Assembly (NCBI GenBank): GCA_963820525.1
Contig: CAWGAA010000001.1
Location: 1,280,001-1,344,000 of the forward strand
Direction of reading: 5' to 3'
Origin: an uncultured Spirochaetota bacterium
GTDB taxonomy: Bacteria > Spirochaetota > Spirochaetia > SZUA-6 > Fen-1364
DNA: 64,000 nucleotides
Shown here: positions 1-8,959 of the stretch, in pieces
Layout: the number at the start of each line of letters is the position of its first letter
Position numbering within the stretch: position 1 is the stretch's first letter
Made by a program: the position numbers and the translations under genes
Notes under the pieces: model-generated
The model's database searches: none
What the model was told of the DNA's origin: nothing
What the model saw: only the letters and a program-made list of their open reading frames with translations

Positions 1-2
1 CG

Positions 3-443
3 CTTCAAACCGAAGATGAGGAGGTCAAGGCGGTCGGCAATTGGATCACGGAACATGCAAGGGCAGGTGTTCTGCCGCATGAGTTCGGCGTATTCGTCCG
101 ATCCGCCATGCAACTGGATCGAGCAAAGGCTGCCGTAAACAAAGCGAGGATGGCTTTCAAAGTTCTTGATGAGCGCGTCGAAACCACAAGTGGCTTCGTC
201 TCAATCTGCACCATGCACCTCGCCAAAGGTCTAGAGTTCCGCGCAGTGGCGGTAATGGCCTGTGACGATGAAATTATTCCCCTGCAAGAGCGCATCGAGA
301 CCGTCGGGGACGACGCCGATTTGAGGGAAATCTACGACACCGAGCGCCACCTACTTTATGTCGCCTGTACACGGGCAAGAGATAATTTGCTGGTCACGAG
401 CGTCGAACCGGCGTCGGAATTTCTAGATGACCTACTGGCTTGA
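3..443 (+). CDS. UvrD/Rep-like SF1 helicase, C-terminal part (5' end outside window)
   Basis: Frame open from position 3. Motifs TMHLAKGLEF (motif V) and ERHLLYVACTRAR (motif VI). Confidence 0.9.
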   Translation, partial: LQTEDEEVKAVGNWITEHARAGVLPHEFGVFVRSAMQLDRAKAAVNKARMAFKVLDERVETTSGFVSICTMHLAKGLEFRAVAVMACDDEIIPLQERIETVGDDADLREIYDTERHLLYVACTRARDNLLVTSVEPASEFLDDLLA

Positions 444-460
444 TAGGGGCGGCCGGAAAT

Positions 461-590
461 CTACTTCGACTCCTCCCACAGCAGTTCCCACTCCTTTGCG
501 TAGACCGTCGCGATCTGCGGAACATTCCAGAGCACAAGGGCATCCTCCACTTTGTGCATGATCGCTGCGGTTGTGCAGTTGAAACTTCTC
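461..590 (-). pseudogene. C-terminal remnant of a PLD-family (Nuc-like) endonuclease
   Basis: Translation SFNCTTAA..VEDALVLWNVPQIA..YAKEWELLW resembles the Nuc/PLD C-terminus GSFNFT.AA...N.ENA. No HxK motif and no start. Confidence 0.5.
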
Positions 591-633
591 GTCTGGGAGA
601 ATCGCCGGATGACCTTTGAGGACTGTATGCATT

Positions 634-2973
634 TTAGTGCCTGATGTTCTGGATTTCTATGAGCTTGATATCCTTGCCTCTGATATCCGGGGATAGGCAG
701 TCTTTGACCTCGCCCTTCGCAGAAAAATAGATTATCTGCCACCCCATGCTGGATATCTTCTTGAGGATTTCCATCTGTTTTTCAAGCCTACTGGGATCGG
801 CCTTAATGAAAGGGTCGTCCATGATGAAAAAGCCCTTCTTCCCTTTGAGCAGCTTGTCGCCAAGCGCGAGCCGGATGGAAAGGTAAAGCTGGTCATATGC
901 CCCACCTGAAAGCTTGCTCGCGTCCTGTGACTTGCCATCGTTTAGCTTAACGACAATCTTCCCTTCTTCGGGAAGGAAGTCTACTTCCACATAGCGGTTA
1001 TCCGTGATTTCGCTGAAGTAACCTGAGACCAAGCTACCCTCGCCGAAGAGGGACTGGATCTTCTGTTCCTCCTCGCGCTCTACCTCCTCAAGAATCCCTA
1101 TGACTTTCTGAGTTTTCTTTGCATTTTGCCCCTGTTCGGATATGAAGCTTTCCAGCTTCCTCTTTATGGCGTCAAGGTCAACGCAAGTATTGCAGGGCAG
1201 CCTCCCTTCACCGGGTGGTTGCAATATCTTGTTCGTGCTGTTCTCGATGTCATAGAGTTGCCTCTTGAATGTGTTCATGACGGAAAGCAACTCGGACCTC
1301 TTGCTATCCAGCTCATGCTTTCCGGATTTGAGTCTGGCAACCTGTGTTTCATCGTACTCGATGCCTTTACCTTTTCCCCGATACTCCTCCAGCTTTTCGA
1401 TTTCCTTCTGCCACCTCCGCATGTTTTCGTCAGGCTTTTGTACTACGCCGAAAAACGCTTTCAATGTTGCGGCCTGTTCATCCCTTGAGCCTTCGGCTTG
1501 CTGTTTTAGCGCCAGATTCTTTTTGTAGTCACCAAGTGACTTGACTCCCGATTCGCTTTTCAACCCATCTATTGTTTGCTCGCTGCTCTCGATGTTTTCC
1601 TCAACGGCGGGAAGCTCCTTGTCTTTAAGCTTCTTGATTTCCTTTTCCCTCAGTTCTACGTCATTTGATTGGTCATTGGTTTCCTTATTTTTCAGTTCAA
1701 AACTTTCTTCAAAACCCTGAATTTGAGTGACTATATCCTCTATAGAGTCAACTTTGAAACCGAATCGTGCAACATTGAGCCTAATTCTCTCGAAGTCGGA
1801 ATCAATCATAGAACTCTTGATTGCGAAAAAAATTTTCAGAGCCCATAATGCAAGAACCACGGCGGCAAATACTACAGTGAGGATGATAAGCACAGGAATA
1901 GTCGCGAATATGAGGCTCAGCGCCAGCAGCGCGAAGAATATGCTAGCTCCATAGGTCGGGAGCTTAAGGTATTGGTCTCGGGTTGTGAGAGCTGCGAGAG
2001 ATTGCCTAGATTTCTCATGAGTTTTCAGGTCTAGCTTTACTTCGTCGTCTATTTTCTTTTTCTTTTGCTGGAGCGAATCGAACTCCTTGTTCAGCCTTTT
2101 CCACTTCTCCTTTTCCGTTTTTAGCTCGCGTTCTTTTGTCTCAAGCTCGGCGATAATCCCTTGTTTCTTTTCATTATCAGCCTTCAAATCTCTCTCAGCA
2201 TCCCTCCATCTCTGTTCGTCATCCCTGTTAAAGGCAGCCAATTCCTTTATTTTTTGCAACGATTTCTTGAAATACTCCACGGCTGCCGACGCTTTTTCAT
2301 ATTTGAGCCGCTTTTCGGCATACTCCATCTCGCCTAGCTTCCGGTCAATTTCTTGGATTTCCTCGCTGGCCTGAGAGAGCTGCTCGTCGATCTTCTCGTA
2401 GCCCTCCTCTGTGAACGCTGCCAGCTTCTCTTGTATGTCCTCAATGAGTGTTTGAGCGTCTTTTACCCTCCCGGCAATCTTCCCATACTTCTGGTCATTT
2501 GAGAGTACAGAAGAACTCTCAGGCTTGGTGAGCTTCCCGATTTCCTGGAGCTTCTGCTTTAGTTTGAAAATCTCCTCTGTCCTGAGCCCCGTAAGACCAT
2601 CAGTCACATTCTTATAGGCCTCTCCTTCATTGGCTATTGAGAGATCGCTGTTCCTGATTATGAACAGGTTTGCGCAGTCCAGAGAACTGAGATTCGCAAT
2701 CTTTGAGATATCGCCTGCCTCCGGAAGCTTCACTTCCTTGCTATTATCATCTTCGATGACAAGGTACCCCTCAGGGCTTTCCTCAACCCTTTCCAGCTTC
2801 TCAAATTTCTTCAGGTCAGCCTTCTTGTTGAAAAGCATTTTCACGATAGCGTCGATTGAGAGCGACTTGCCTTCTTCATTGTTGCCGAACAGGAGGTTGA
2901 ACTTGGCGAGAGTAACGTGGCCCGTATTGGCCAGAGGACCGTACCGTTCTATGAAATATTCCTTTATCTGCAT
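634..2973 (-). CDS. Rad50/SbcC/YhaN-like SMC ABC-ATPase with central hydrophobic (TM-like) segment, 779 aa
   Basis: Walker A GNNEEGKS, long coiled coils, signature LSGG, Walker B FFIMDDPF. Hydrophobic stretch IFFALLALSLIFATIPVLIILTVVFAAVVLALWAL. Start MQIKEY overlaps the upstream gene. Confidence 0.9.
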   Translation of the reverse strand: MQIKEYFIERYGPLANTGHVTLAKFNLLFGNNEEGKSLSIDAIVKMLFNKKADLKKFEKLERVEESPEGYLVIEDDNSKEVKLPEAGDISKIANLSSLDCANLFIIRNSDLSIANEGEAYKNVTDGLTGLRTEEIFKLKQKLQEIGKLTKPESSSVLSNDQKYGKIAGRVKDAQTLIEDIQEKLAAFTEEGYEKIDEQLSQASEEIQEIDRKLGEMEYAEKRLKYEKASAAVEYFKKSLQKIKELAAFNRDDEQRWRDAERDLKADNEKKQGIIAELETKERELKTEKEKWKRLNKEFDSLQQKKKKIDDEVKLDLKTHEKSRQSLAALTTRDQYLKLPTYGASIFFALLALSLIFATIPVLIILTVVFAAVVLALWALKIFFAIKSSMIDSDFERIRLNVARFGFKVDSIEDIVTQIQGFEESFELKNKETNDQSNDVELREKEIKKLKDKELPAVEENIESSEQTIDGLKSESGVKSLGDYKKNLALKQQAEGSRDEQAATLKAFFGVVQKPDENMRRWQKEIEKLEEYRGKGKGIEYDETQVARLKSGKHELDSKRSELLSVMNTFKRQLYDIENSTNKILQPPGEGRLPCNTCVDLDAIKRKLESFISEQGQNAKKTQKVIGILEEVEREEEQKIQSLFGEGSLVSGYFSEITDNRYVEVDFLPEEGKIVVKLNDGKSQDASKLSGGAYDQLYLSIRLALGDKLLKGKKGFFIMDDPFIKADPSRLEKQMEILKKISSMGWQIIYFSAKGEVKDCLSPDIRGKDIKLIEIQNIRH

Positions 2974-4025
2974 ATGCCTGCCTCCGTGAAAGCCCTTATG
3001 GCGATGTCCCTCAATTCCTTCGTCTGGCCTGGCGGGCATCCGGACTGTTCCAGCTTTCTCATGAAGCTCTTGAACAAGTCGTCCTCGACTATCCTCTGCA
3101 CATCCATGAACTCATAACGCGCCTCTACCTGCTTTCCCTTGATCAGTTCCTTGATAGCGGATACGAGCTGGGCTTCGGTTGTGCTCAATTTTCTTCCGTC
3201 CAGACATCCGCCAATCCTCAATAAAAGGGTGGCCTTCGGATGCAGCTTCCTGATCTCTTCGCTAACCCTTTCCAGAGGCTTCTCCCCAGAGAAGGGGTCC
3301 AGGATGATCTCCCGCTCCTCGAAGTGGGGGGTATCAAGCCTGCACGGCTTCGGGTCCTTCCCGACCTCGAACAGGTTGGCCTGCCTCTGGCCTGTCTCCC
3401 TCTTCGTCACGGATATAGGAGATCCGGGGTAGACGAAATACCGGCCAGGCTCAATGAGCCTCACATCGAACCTGGTATGGAAATGGCCGGCGAGAACATA
3501 GTCGATGTTCAGTTCCTTGAAGTATGAAAGTCTGGCCGGCATGTAGCGTGCCTCTCCCTCATCCCCGAAATCGGTCCTTTTGAAGAACGTATCGAGGAGT
3601 TCGCCGTGGTAAAGAAGGATGTTTTTCTTGTCGCTTTTCAGACAATCCCTGAGCGACCTTATTCTGCTTACGAGCTTTTCTCCTTCAATGGCCTCGAAAG
3701 GGAGGCCGACAAACCGAACATTCTTGTGCTCAAAAGGTTCCTCACCCAGAACTATAGTGTCTCCTCCAAAATACAGCTCCTCCCCGAATGAGGCGGAGTC
3801 GTGGTTGCCGGGAATGATCAGAATCTTGAAATCGTTGTTGGAGAATAGTTCCCGTATCTGGGTCCTGAGGCTCTCCGCGTTCACATCCTTATCAAACAGG
3901 TCACCGCTTATGGAGAGCGCCTCTATCTTCGCTTTTTTGCCGATTTCAAGCAGCTCTTCCAGCGTCTTCCACCTTTCATCCCCGTATTCCCTCAGATGGA
4001 GGTCAGCAGTGTGGAGTATTTTCAT
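2964..4025 (-). CDS. Mre11/SbcD-like metallophosphoesterase nuclease
   Basis: Motifs MKILHTADLH, SGDLFD, PGNHD, LAGHFH, YPGS. Stop overlaps the start of the Rad50-like gene. Confidence 0.92.
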   Translation of the reverse strand: MKILHTADLHLREYGDERWKTLEELLEIGKKAKIEALSISGDLFDKDVNAESLRTQIRELFSNNDFKILIIPGNHDSASFGEELYFGGDTIVLGEEPFEHKNVRFVGLPFEAIEGEKLVSRIRSLRDCLKSDKKNILLYHGELLDTFFKRTDFGDEGEARYMPARLSYFKELNIDYVLAGHFHTRFDVRLIEPGRYFVYPGSPISVTKRETGQRQANLFEVGKDPKPCRLDTPHFEEREIILDPFSGEKPLERVSEEIRKLHPKATLLLRIGGCLDGRKLSTTEAQLVSAIKELIKGKQVEARYEFMDVQRIVEDDLFKSFMRKLEQSGCPPGQTKELRDIAIRAFTEAGICR

Positions 4026-4146
4026 CCCGTTATCCCTCAGAGGCTCCAAGAAGCTGTGCTCGTGGCCTCTTCACGTTAAGATATTCTATTCCAGCTATAA
4101 AAGCGTTTCCGCAATCTGCCGAATCTCTAGAGTGCCAAGCCTCCTT

Positions 4147-4616
4147 CTAAAGAAACCAAGGTGTTCTTTCCAGCCGCGGATGGAGCTTGAACTCTCCCGA
4201 ACCAACAAGGAAAACGTTCATCAAATAGGCTATCTCCCCTGCGAACTTTAGCGTAATGGGCTCCCTGCAGAAATCCTTGGTGGAGGCCCAATTAAGTCTC
4301 GTGAGGCTAAGGATGTGCTGGGCGTAGACGCGCAGATCGAGCTTACCTTTGGAATGCACGCGGTTGATTGTGACATCTAGAGGCTTTGGTGTCCCTATGC
4401 CCTGTTGGCCCATATCATTTCTGCCCGTGGTTGCTATGTAGAATCGGTTAGGAGCAACGGGCAGATACATTCCTCGTGCCACACTTCCATCGCCTGCAGC
4501 CTCCCTATCGTAGAGCCGGGAAAGGCTATGCTCATTTATGTGAACGAACGATATCTCTGCTTCGGGGACATTCCTTCAATACTACAGTGGCCATTTCATC
4601 CCGGTCGACTCTTGCC
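4147..4616 (-). pseudogene. Prokaryotic Argonaute, C-terminal PIWI-domain remnant truncated by IS3 insertion
   Basis: Reconstructed RVDRDEMATVVLKECPEAEISFVHINEHSLSRLYDR..GSVARGMY..YIATTG..GTPKPL..ILSLTRLNWAS..EPITLKFA..PWFL, the typical PIWI C-terminus. One extra base in the GGGG run near 4564. Begins at the IS3 end (4617). Confidence 0.85.
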
Positions 4617-4761
4617 TGGAGTTCCCCCGATTTCGTGGACACCCTGAATTGCACCTGCGTCTCGGTTTCGGGGGGGTATCCAAACACCACCTGCCTTCCG
4701 AAAACGCAACCAAGGCCCTCTACGCGCAAGGCTTTTTCCTCACTCTGGCTTGGATCGTCAA

Positions 4762-5631
4762 TCATGCCGTCTTCCGCTCCTCGAGCTCCTCATATTCGGT
4801 CGGTGTGAGGTAGCCGAGGTACGAGTGAAGCCGCTTGCGATTATAGAAGATCTCCACGTATTCGAATATTGCTCTCCTGGCCTCCTCTCTGCTTCGGTAG
4901 ATCTTGTCCCGAATCAACTCTGCTCTCAAGGTCTTGAAAAACGTCTCCGCGCACGCGTTGTCCCAACAGTCGCCCTTACGGCTCATGCTTTGAATGAATC
5001 CGTGCCCTTTGGCAAACTTTTCAAACTGACCGCTGGTATACTGCACACCGCGATCGGAATGAAACAACAGTCCCCGCGGCGGGCGGCGACGAATCGCGGC
5101 CATGACTACCGCCGTCAGCACCAGCTCGGCACTCAGCTCGCAGCTCAGCGACCAGCCCGCCACTCGACGTGAGTACAGATCCAGTACGATGCATAAATAC
5201 ATCCACCCTTCGGCTGTCGCAACGTAGGTTATGTCGGACACCCACACGCGATTCGCCGCGGAGGCTTCGAAGTTCCTGTTCACTATGTTTTCGGCCACTT
5301 CCTGGCCGTCTTTCGAGTGCGTGGTCACTACAAACCGCCTCTTCGGCTGCGGCCCAAGGGCATTCTCTCTCATGATTCGGGCAACTCGGTTCTTCCCCAC
5401 ATGCCGCCCACGCCTCAGCAGTTCTTCCCGCATGCGCGGGCTTCCGTAGCTGTGACGCACCTCGCCCTGGATCTTCCGGATCTGCTCGATCAGCTCCTTC
5501 TCCTCGAGTGCTCGTGCACTCTCTTTACCGTCGAGCCAGGCATAGTACCCACTGCGCGCTACTCCCAATACTTCCGCCATCTTCTCCACGCCGTGGGTTC
5601 CCCGCTGTTTACTCATGACCTGGTACTTCAT
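4762..5631 (-). CDS. IS3-family transposase OrfB (DDE integrase core)
   Basis: WVSDITY, FHSDRGVQY, DNACAETFF, YNRKRLHSYLGY. Confidence 0.95.
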   Translation of the reverse strand: MKYQVMSKQRGTHGVEKMAEVLGVARSGYYAWLDGKESARALEEKELIEQIRKIQGEVRHSYGSPRMREELLRRGRHVGKNRVARIMRENALGPQPKRRFVVTTHSKDGQEVAENIVNRNFEASAANRVWVSDITYVATAEGWMYLCIVLDLYSRRVAGWSLSCELSAELVLTAVVMAAIRRRPPRGLLFHSDRGVQYTSGQFEKFAKGHGFIQSMSRKGDCWDNACAETFFKTLRAELIRDKIYRSREEARRAIFEYVEIFYNRKRLHSYLGYLTPTEYEELEERKTA

Positions 5632-5918
5632 CTCGGGGGTCTGGAGAAGATGGCTGTTGCTTTTCTTAAAATGTCCCGTTCCTCGCGCAACTCCTTGTTC
5701 TCTTTGCGCAAGGCGGCCAATTCCTCGTCACGGGACCTGCCGTTGCCTGGGAAAGCTCGTGTCCCGTCCTCACTGAATTGCTTCCTCCAGCGGTAGATCT
5801 GTCCGCTGCCGATTCCCAGATCCCGTTCAATCTCATGTCCCGGCTTTGTCCCTGACTCCAGGAGCCGGATAGCATCGAGCTTGAACTCTTTGGTGTATTT
5901 CTTCCTCGTATCTGCCAT
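5628..5918 (-). CDS. IS3-family transposase OrfA (HTH)
   Basis: RKKYTKEFKLDAI..LRKENKELREERDILRKA. ATGA overlap with orfB. Confidence 0.93.
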   Translation of the reverse strand: MADTRKKYTKEFKLDAIRLLESGTKPGHEIERDLGIGSGQIYRWRKQFSEDGTRAFPGNGRSRDEELAALRKENKELREERDILRKATAIFSRPPR

Positions 5919-5935
5919 TATCTTTCCTTACCCCT

Positions 5936-6500
5936 CTAAACCACCCCCGACTTAAGTCGGGGGGTTTGCGCTTGTCGGCTAAAGCCGACTGGGGCCGACA
6001 TCACGGTTCTACTTTGAAGTCGGCATCTTGGTCCCGCTCTGTGTCCTGCTGATTCTCGATGTAGCGGGCGATCATCTCTTCGGTCACGTTCCCTGTGCTC
6101 GCCACGAAATACCCGCGGGCCCAAAGATGCCTGCCCCAGAATGTTTTGTTCAACCCTTTGTTTTCCATGAGCAGCTTCCGTGATGTCAGCCCCTTCATGC
6201 GCTGCACGAGCCTGGATACCGATAGAGTCGGCGGCACGCTCAGCAGCAGATGCACGTGATCGCGGCTGATGTTCCCTTTCACGATCTCTACGTCCAGGCT
6301 CGCGCAAATCATTCGTATCAGATCTCTTACGCGGGTTCCTATCTCTTTCCCCAACACTGGCTTGCGGTACTTGGTGATCCACACTATATGATACTTCAAA
6401 TCATAGACGCAGTGCGACGCTTTTCGATACTGCTTCATCGTACCGCAAGCCTACTAAAGTCTTCGTCTAAAGACGAGGGGGTTTCTCCCCGTAGGAGACT
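5936..6500 (-). mobile_element. IS200/IS605-family tnpA-only element inserted in the IS3 left end
   Basis: Subterminal hairpins CCCCCGAC-TTAA-GTCGGGGG, GTCGGC-TAAA-GCCGAC and CTTCGTC-TAAA-GACGAGG. TTTAG (minus strand) at both junctions (5936-40, 6501-05). Removing it restores IS3 IRL-RBS-orfA. Confidence 0.88.
6001..6438 (-). CDS. tnpA: IS200/IS605 HUH (Y1) transposase TnpA
   Basis: YHIVWITKYR, DHVHLL (HUH), LWARGYF, RYIENQ. Confidence 0.95.
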   Translation of the reverse strand: MKQYRKASHCVYDLKYHIVWITKYRKPVLGKEIGTRVRDLIRMICASLDVEIVKGNISRDHVHLLLSVPPTLSVSRLVQRMKGLTSRKLLMENKGLNKTFWGRHLWARGYFVASTGNVTEEMIARYIENQQDTERDQDADFKVEP

Positions 6501-6546
6501 CTAAAATACTGCTTAACCATGTGTCTATTAAATCGGGGTAGGCCCA

Positions 6547-6727
6547 GCCCATGTACTCCCTCGCAGCACACTCGCACATCCTCTTTGCCCTCGAGGTATT
6601 GCTCAAGCATTCGAAATTGCTCGAGGGTGTTGCCGATCTCAAGGGCTTTGATCTTTTCGCTCTGTTCATCGAGGATGCAAACAGAATGCTTCTGCGATCC
6701 CATGTCGATTCCGACAAACTGCTTCAT
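6547..6727 (-). pseudogene. IS110-family recombinase, N-terminal ~60 codons, truncated at the IS3 IRL
   Basis: MKQFVGIDMGSQKHSVCILD..VRVCCEG matches the DEDD RuvC-like N-terminus. GGAGG RBS upstream. Confidence 0.8.
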
Positions 6728-6729
6728 GA

Positions 6730-6916
6730 CGATCCTCCCGGTATTACAAATGCCCTCCTGCCGCGCCCCTCATATGAGGACAACCACCCCACTACAAGCG
6801 GTCAGAAGGAAGGCAGGGAAGCACGGGTGCTCTCAGCTTCTCCAGTGCAGAGCATGAGTAGGACTTAGCTTTCCCTTCCTTTTCCATCATACCCTTTCGT
6901 TTGGTTATCATATGAG
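6730..6916 (-). ncRNA. IS110 left non-coding end, candidate bridge RNA
   Basis: About 185 nt between a CT junction (6915-16) and the recombinase start. Nested stems GGGAAAGC/GCTTCCC, TGCTCT/AGAGCA, TGCCTTCCT/AGGAGGGCA. Internal copy of the junction sequence TCATATGAGGA (6770-80 = 6908-18). Confidence 0.6.
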
Positions 6917-7493
6917 GAGGGGCAGAGGTAGAACACCTTGCAGCTGAAGGGTCGAAAGTAGTCGGCTTTACAGTCGGGATTGGTGCATTGGATCCTCGCG
7001 ATGCCCTTCGAGTAGTCCCCGCAGTACAGGAATCGTTCGACGGCCGAGCTGATCCGCTGCAGGCGGAACCGTCCCAGGCGGGCAGCGTACGTGGTTTCGT
7101 ATCCTGCGCAGAGCTCCGGGAAGTGGGTGCGGAACAACCTCTGCAGGGAGCTGGTACCCCGTTGGCGGTAGGTGCTGGGGAACGTCGCATCCAGGGACAG
7201 GGCCAATTGGTCGGCCACAATGGGAAAGACGACCCCAAAGAGCACGCTGCATCCCCCCGGCGGCCCGTCTCCGAACACGCGGCCGGGCGGCCCGCCTGCG
7301 CGCCCAGCACGCCCGGGAGGGACTCACTGTACCGCCGATCGCCGTTTTCAGTATCGCAAATCGGTGCAACTTTCCCTTTAAGGGTGGACAGAAAGGTGAG
7401 ATACAGTAAAGAATTTTGAAATCTTGACATTCCATCAGCCTTCCCTCCACTGTTATCGCTTGATGGGCATTAATGGGCTGACTGAAAAAACCA
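6915..7493 (-). mobile_element. Truncated copy of the IS91-like element (Zn-binding N-terminus plus upstream region), interrupted by IS110
   Basis: Near-identical to 21876-22456. ORF reads ..CTNPDC..PFSCKVFYLCPS and then breaks. Confidence 0.9.
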
Positions 7494-7512
7494 CGGTATA
7501 CTGGCCAGGAGG

Positions 7513-8377
7513 TTGAGCGTGGTAGACATAAGTCCAACGGAAGTCGTCGGCATCAGAGACGCGGGCTTCGACGAATACTGGCTGCGCGATCGAATCTACG
7601 ACGATCCAAGCATCATCGGACTCGGTGAATTGCAGGCCGTCATGAAAGAAAAGACGCAGTCACAGGGCGGGCGCCTTGATCTCTTGCTCAAAGATCCTGC
7701 AGACGACGCAATGTTCGAAGTGGAAATCCAACTGGGATCTACGGATGAATCCCACATCATCCGCACTATCGAGTACTGGGACAATGAAAAGCGGAAGTGG
7801 CCGAACCGCAGTCATACCGCAGTGCTCGTCGCTGAAGAGATCACAAGCAGGTTCTTCAATGTTGTCCACCTTCTGAGCCAAGCGGTTCCCATCATTGGGA
7901 TCCAAGTAAGCATTGTAAAGATCGGTGCAGCGGTTGGATTGCATTTTACAAAGATCATAGATTCGTTCGAGGAGCCAGAGGATCAGGAGACACCGCAGCA
8001 ATCTTTCACTGAAAAGCACTGGATCGATAAGTACCCTGGAGTTTTTGAATGTGCGAAGTGGTGCAGAGAAGTACTGCTGACCAAGTACCCCGAAGTGAAT
8101 GCAAGGTATTTTGAGGATTATATTTCTTTGACGGTCCGCGGAATTGCCAGAGTATGGCTCAACAGACGCAAGAACGATAGGGTGCTGATTGAGGTGAAGT
8201 GCCTTGAGGAGAACCTTCCAAGACTCATTGAGGTCCATCAATACTGAGGGCATTTCCTTTGGAACTCGGAGCAATAAGAATCTCACGTTCAACGTAAATC
8301 TATCGCAACTGAAACAAAAGCAAGCTATGCATGAGCTTTTAGCAGAACTGATAGGTACCGCTTCGAAAGGCTCTTGA
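7513..8377 (+). CDS. PD-(D/E)XK (NucS-like) domain protein; frameshift near 8215
   Basis: E..L..I..DP..IG..RLDLLL..FEVEIQLG..DESHIIRTIEYW. The annotated ORF stops at 8247 but an alternative frame continues to TGA at 8377. Confidence 0.65.
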
Positions 8378-8414
8378 GTTCACTCGATAGGATTCCGGGT
8401 AGAGATAGTCTCAT

Positions 8415-8852
8415 TCAGTCGGCCAACGCCGGGGCGGGCACGTACTTCCTGATGTAGCGTTCAACGTATTCGATTGGCAGTCGAGCGTCGTGTATACCTC
8501 TGTTGATTCTCGTGATGTACTCTGCCTTAGGAATTCCTTCCTGGTCCACGGGGTCAATATAGACAAGGCATTCGTGGCTCTCGTTGCCCATCACTACTCG
8601 CAGATTCTCCTTGCGGTAAAGGCCACGATGCACGCCTTCATATTTGTCCAAGGATTTCTCATCTGATTGAGAAATATCAAACACCAATCCTAACACGTAG
8701 TCGTCTACAGAACTGACGATATTGGCGTACCCTCGGGAGGAGATAAACCAGCGACAGTCCTGGATTCTTCCAAGTCCGAGGGCCCTAGATTCCGGACATC
8801 GGAGAGCCATTTGCTCCAACCAAAGATTTGATCCATAGCCGAAGTATTTCAT
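8415..8852 (-). CDS. Gamma-glutamylcyclotransferase (AIG2-like) family protein
   Basis: YFGYGSNL, LDKYEGV..GLY, Y..YI..G. Confidence 0.88.
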   Translation of the reverse strand: MKYFGYGSNLWLEQMALRCPESRALGLGRIQDCRWFISSRGYANIVSSVDDYVLGLVFDISQSDEKSLDKYEGVHRGLYRKENLRVVMGNESHECLVYIDPVDQEGIPKAEYITRINRGIHDARLPIEYVERYIRKYVPAPALAD

Positions 8853-8959
8853 AGCTCTTCAATCTACGCCCCAAGACCCACTAAACGCAACCTGTAAGAG
8901 ATACGAAAGCGAACAGTCGGAAGGGGCATGATATAATAGTGGTCGGGACAATAGTCAGA

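Larger units (their letters stand above)
4617..6546 (-). mobile_element. IS3-family element containing a nested IS200
   Basis: Imperfect 26-bp IRs TGGAGTTCCCCCGATTTCGTGGACAC (4617-4642) and TGGGCCTACCCCGATTTAATAGACAC (revcomp 6521-6546). GCC on both flanks. orfA and orfB present. Confidence 0.9.

Noticed and set aside
5936..6500. IS605-type TnpB/omegaRNA system
   Set aside because: The element is 565 bp with tnpA only. There is no tnpB ORF, and the tnpB at 13 kb is the unrelated IS66 accessory gene.
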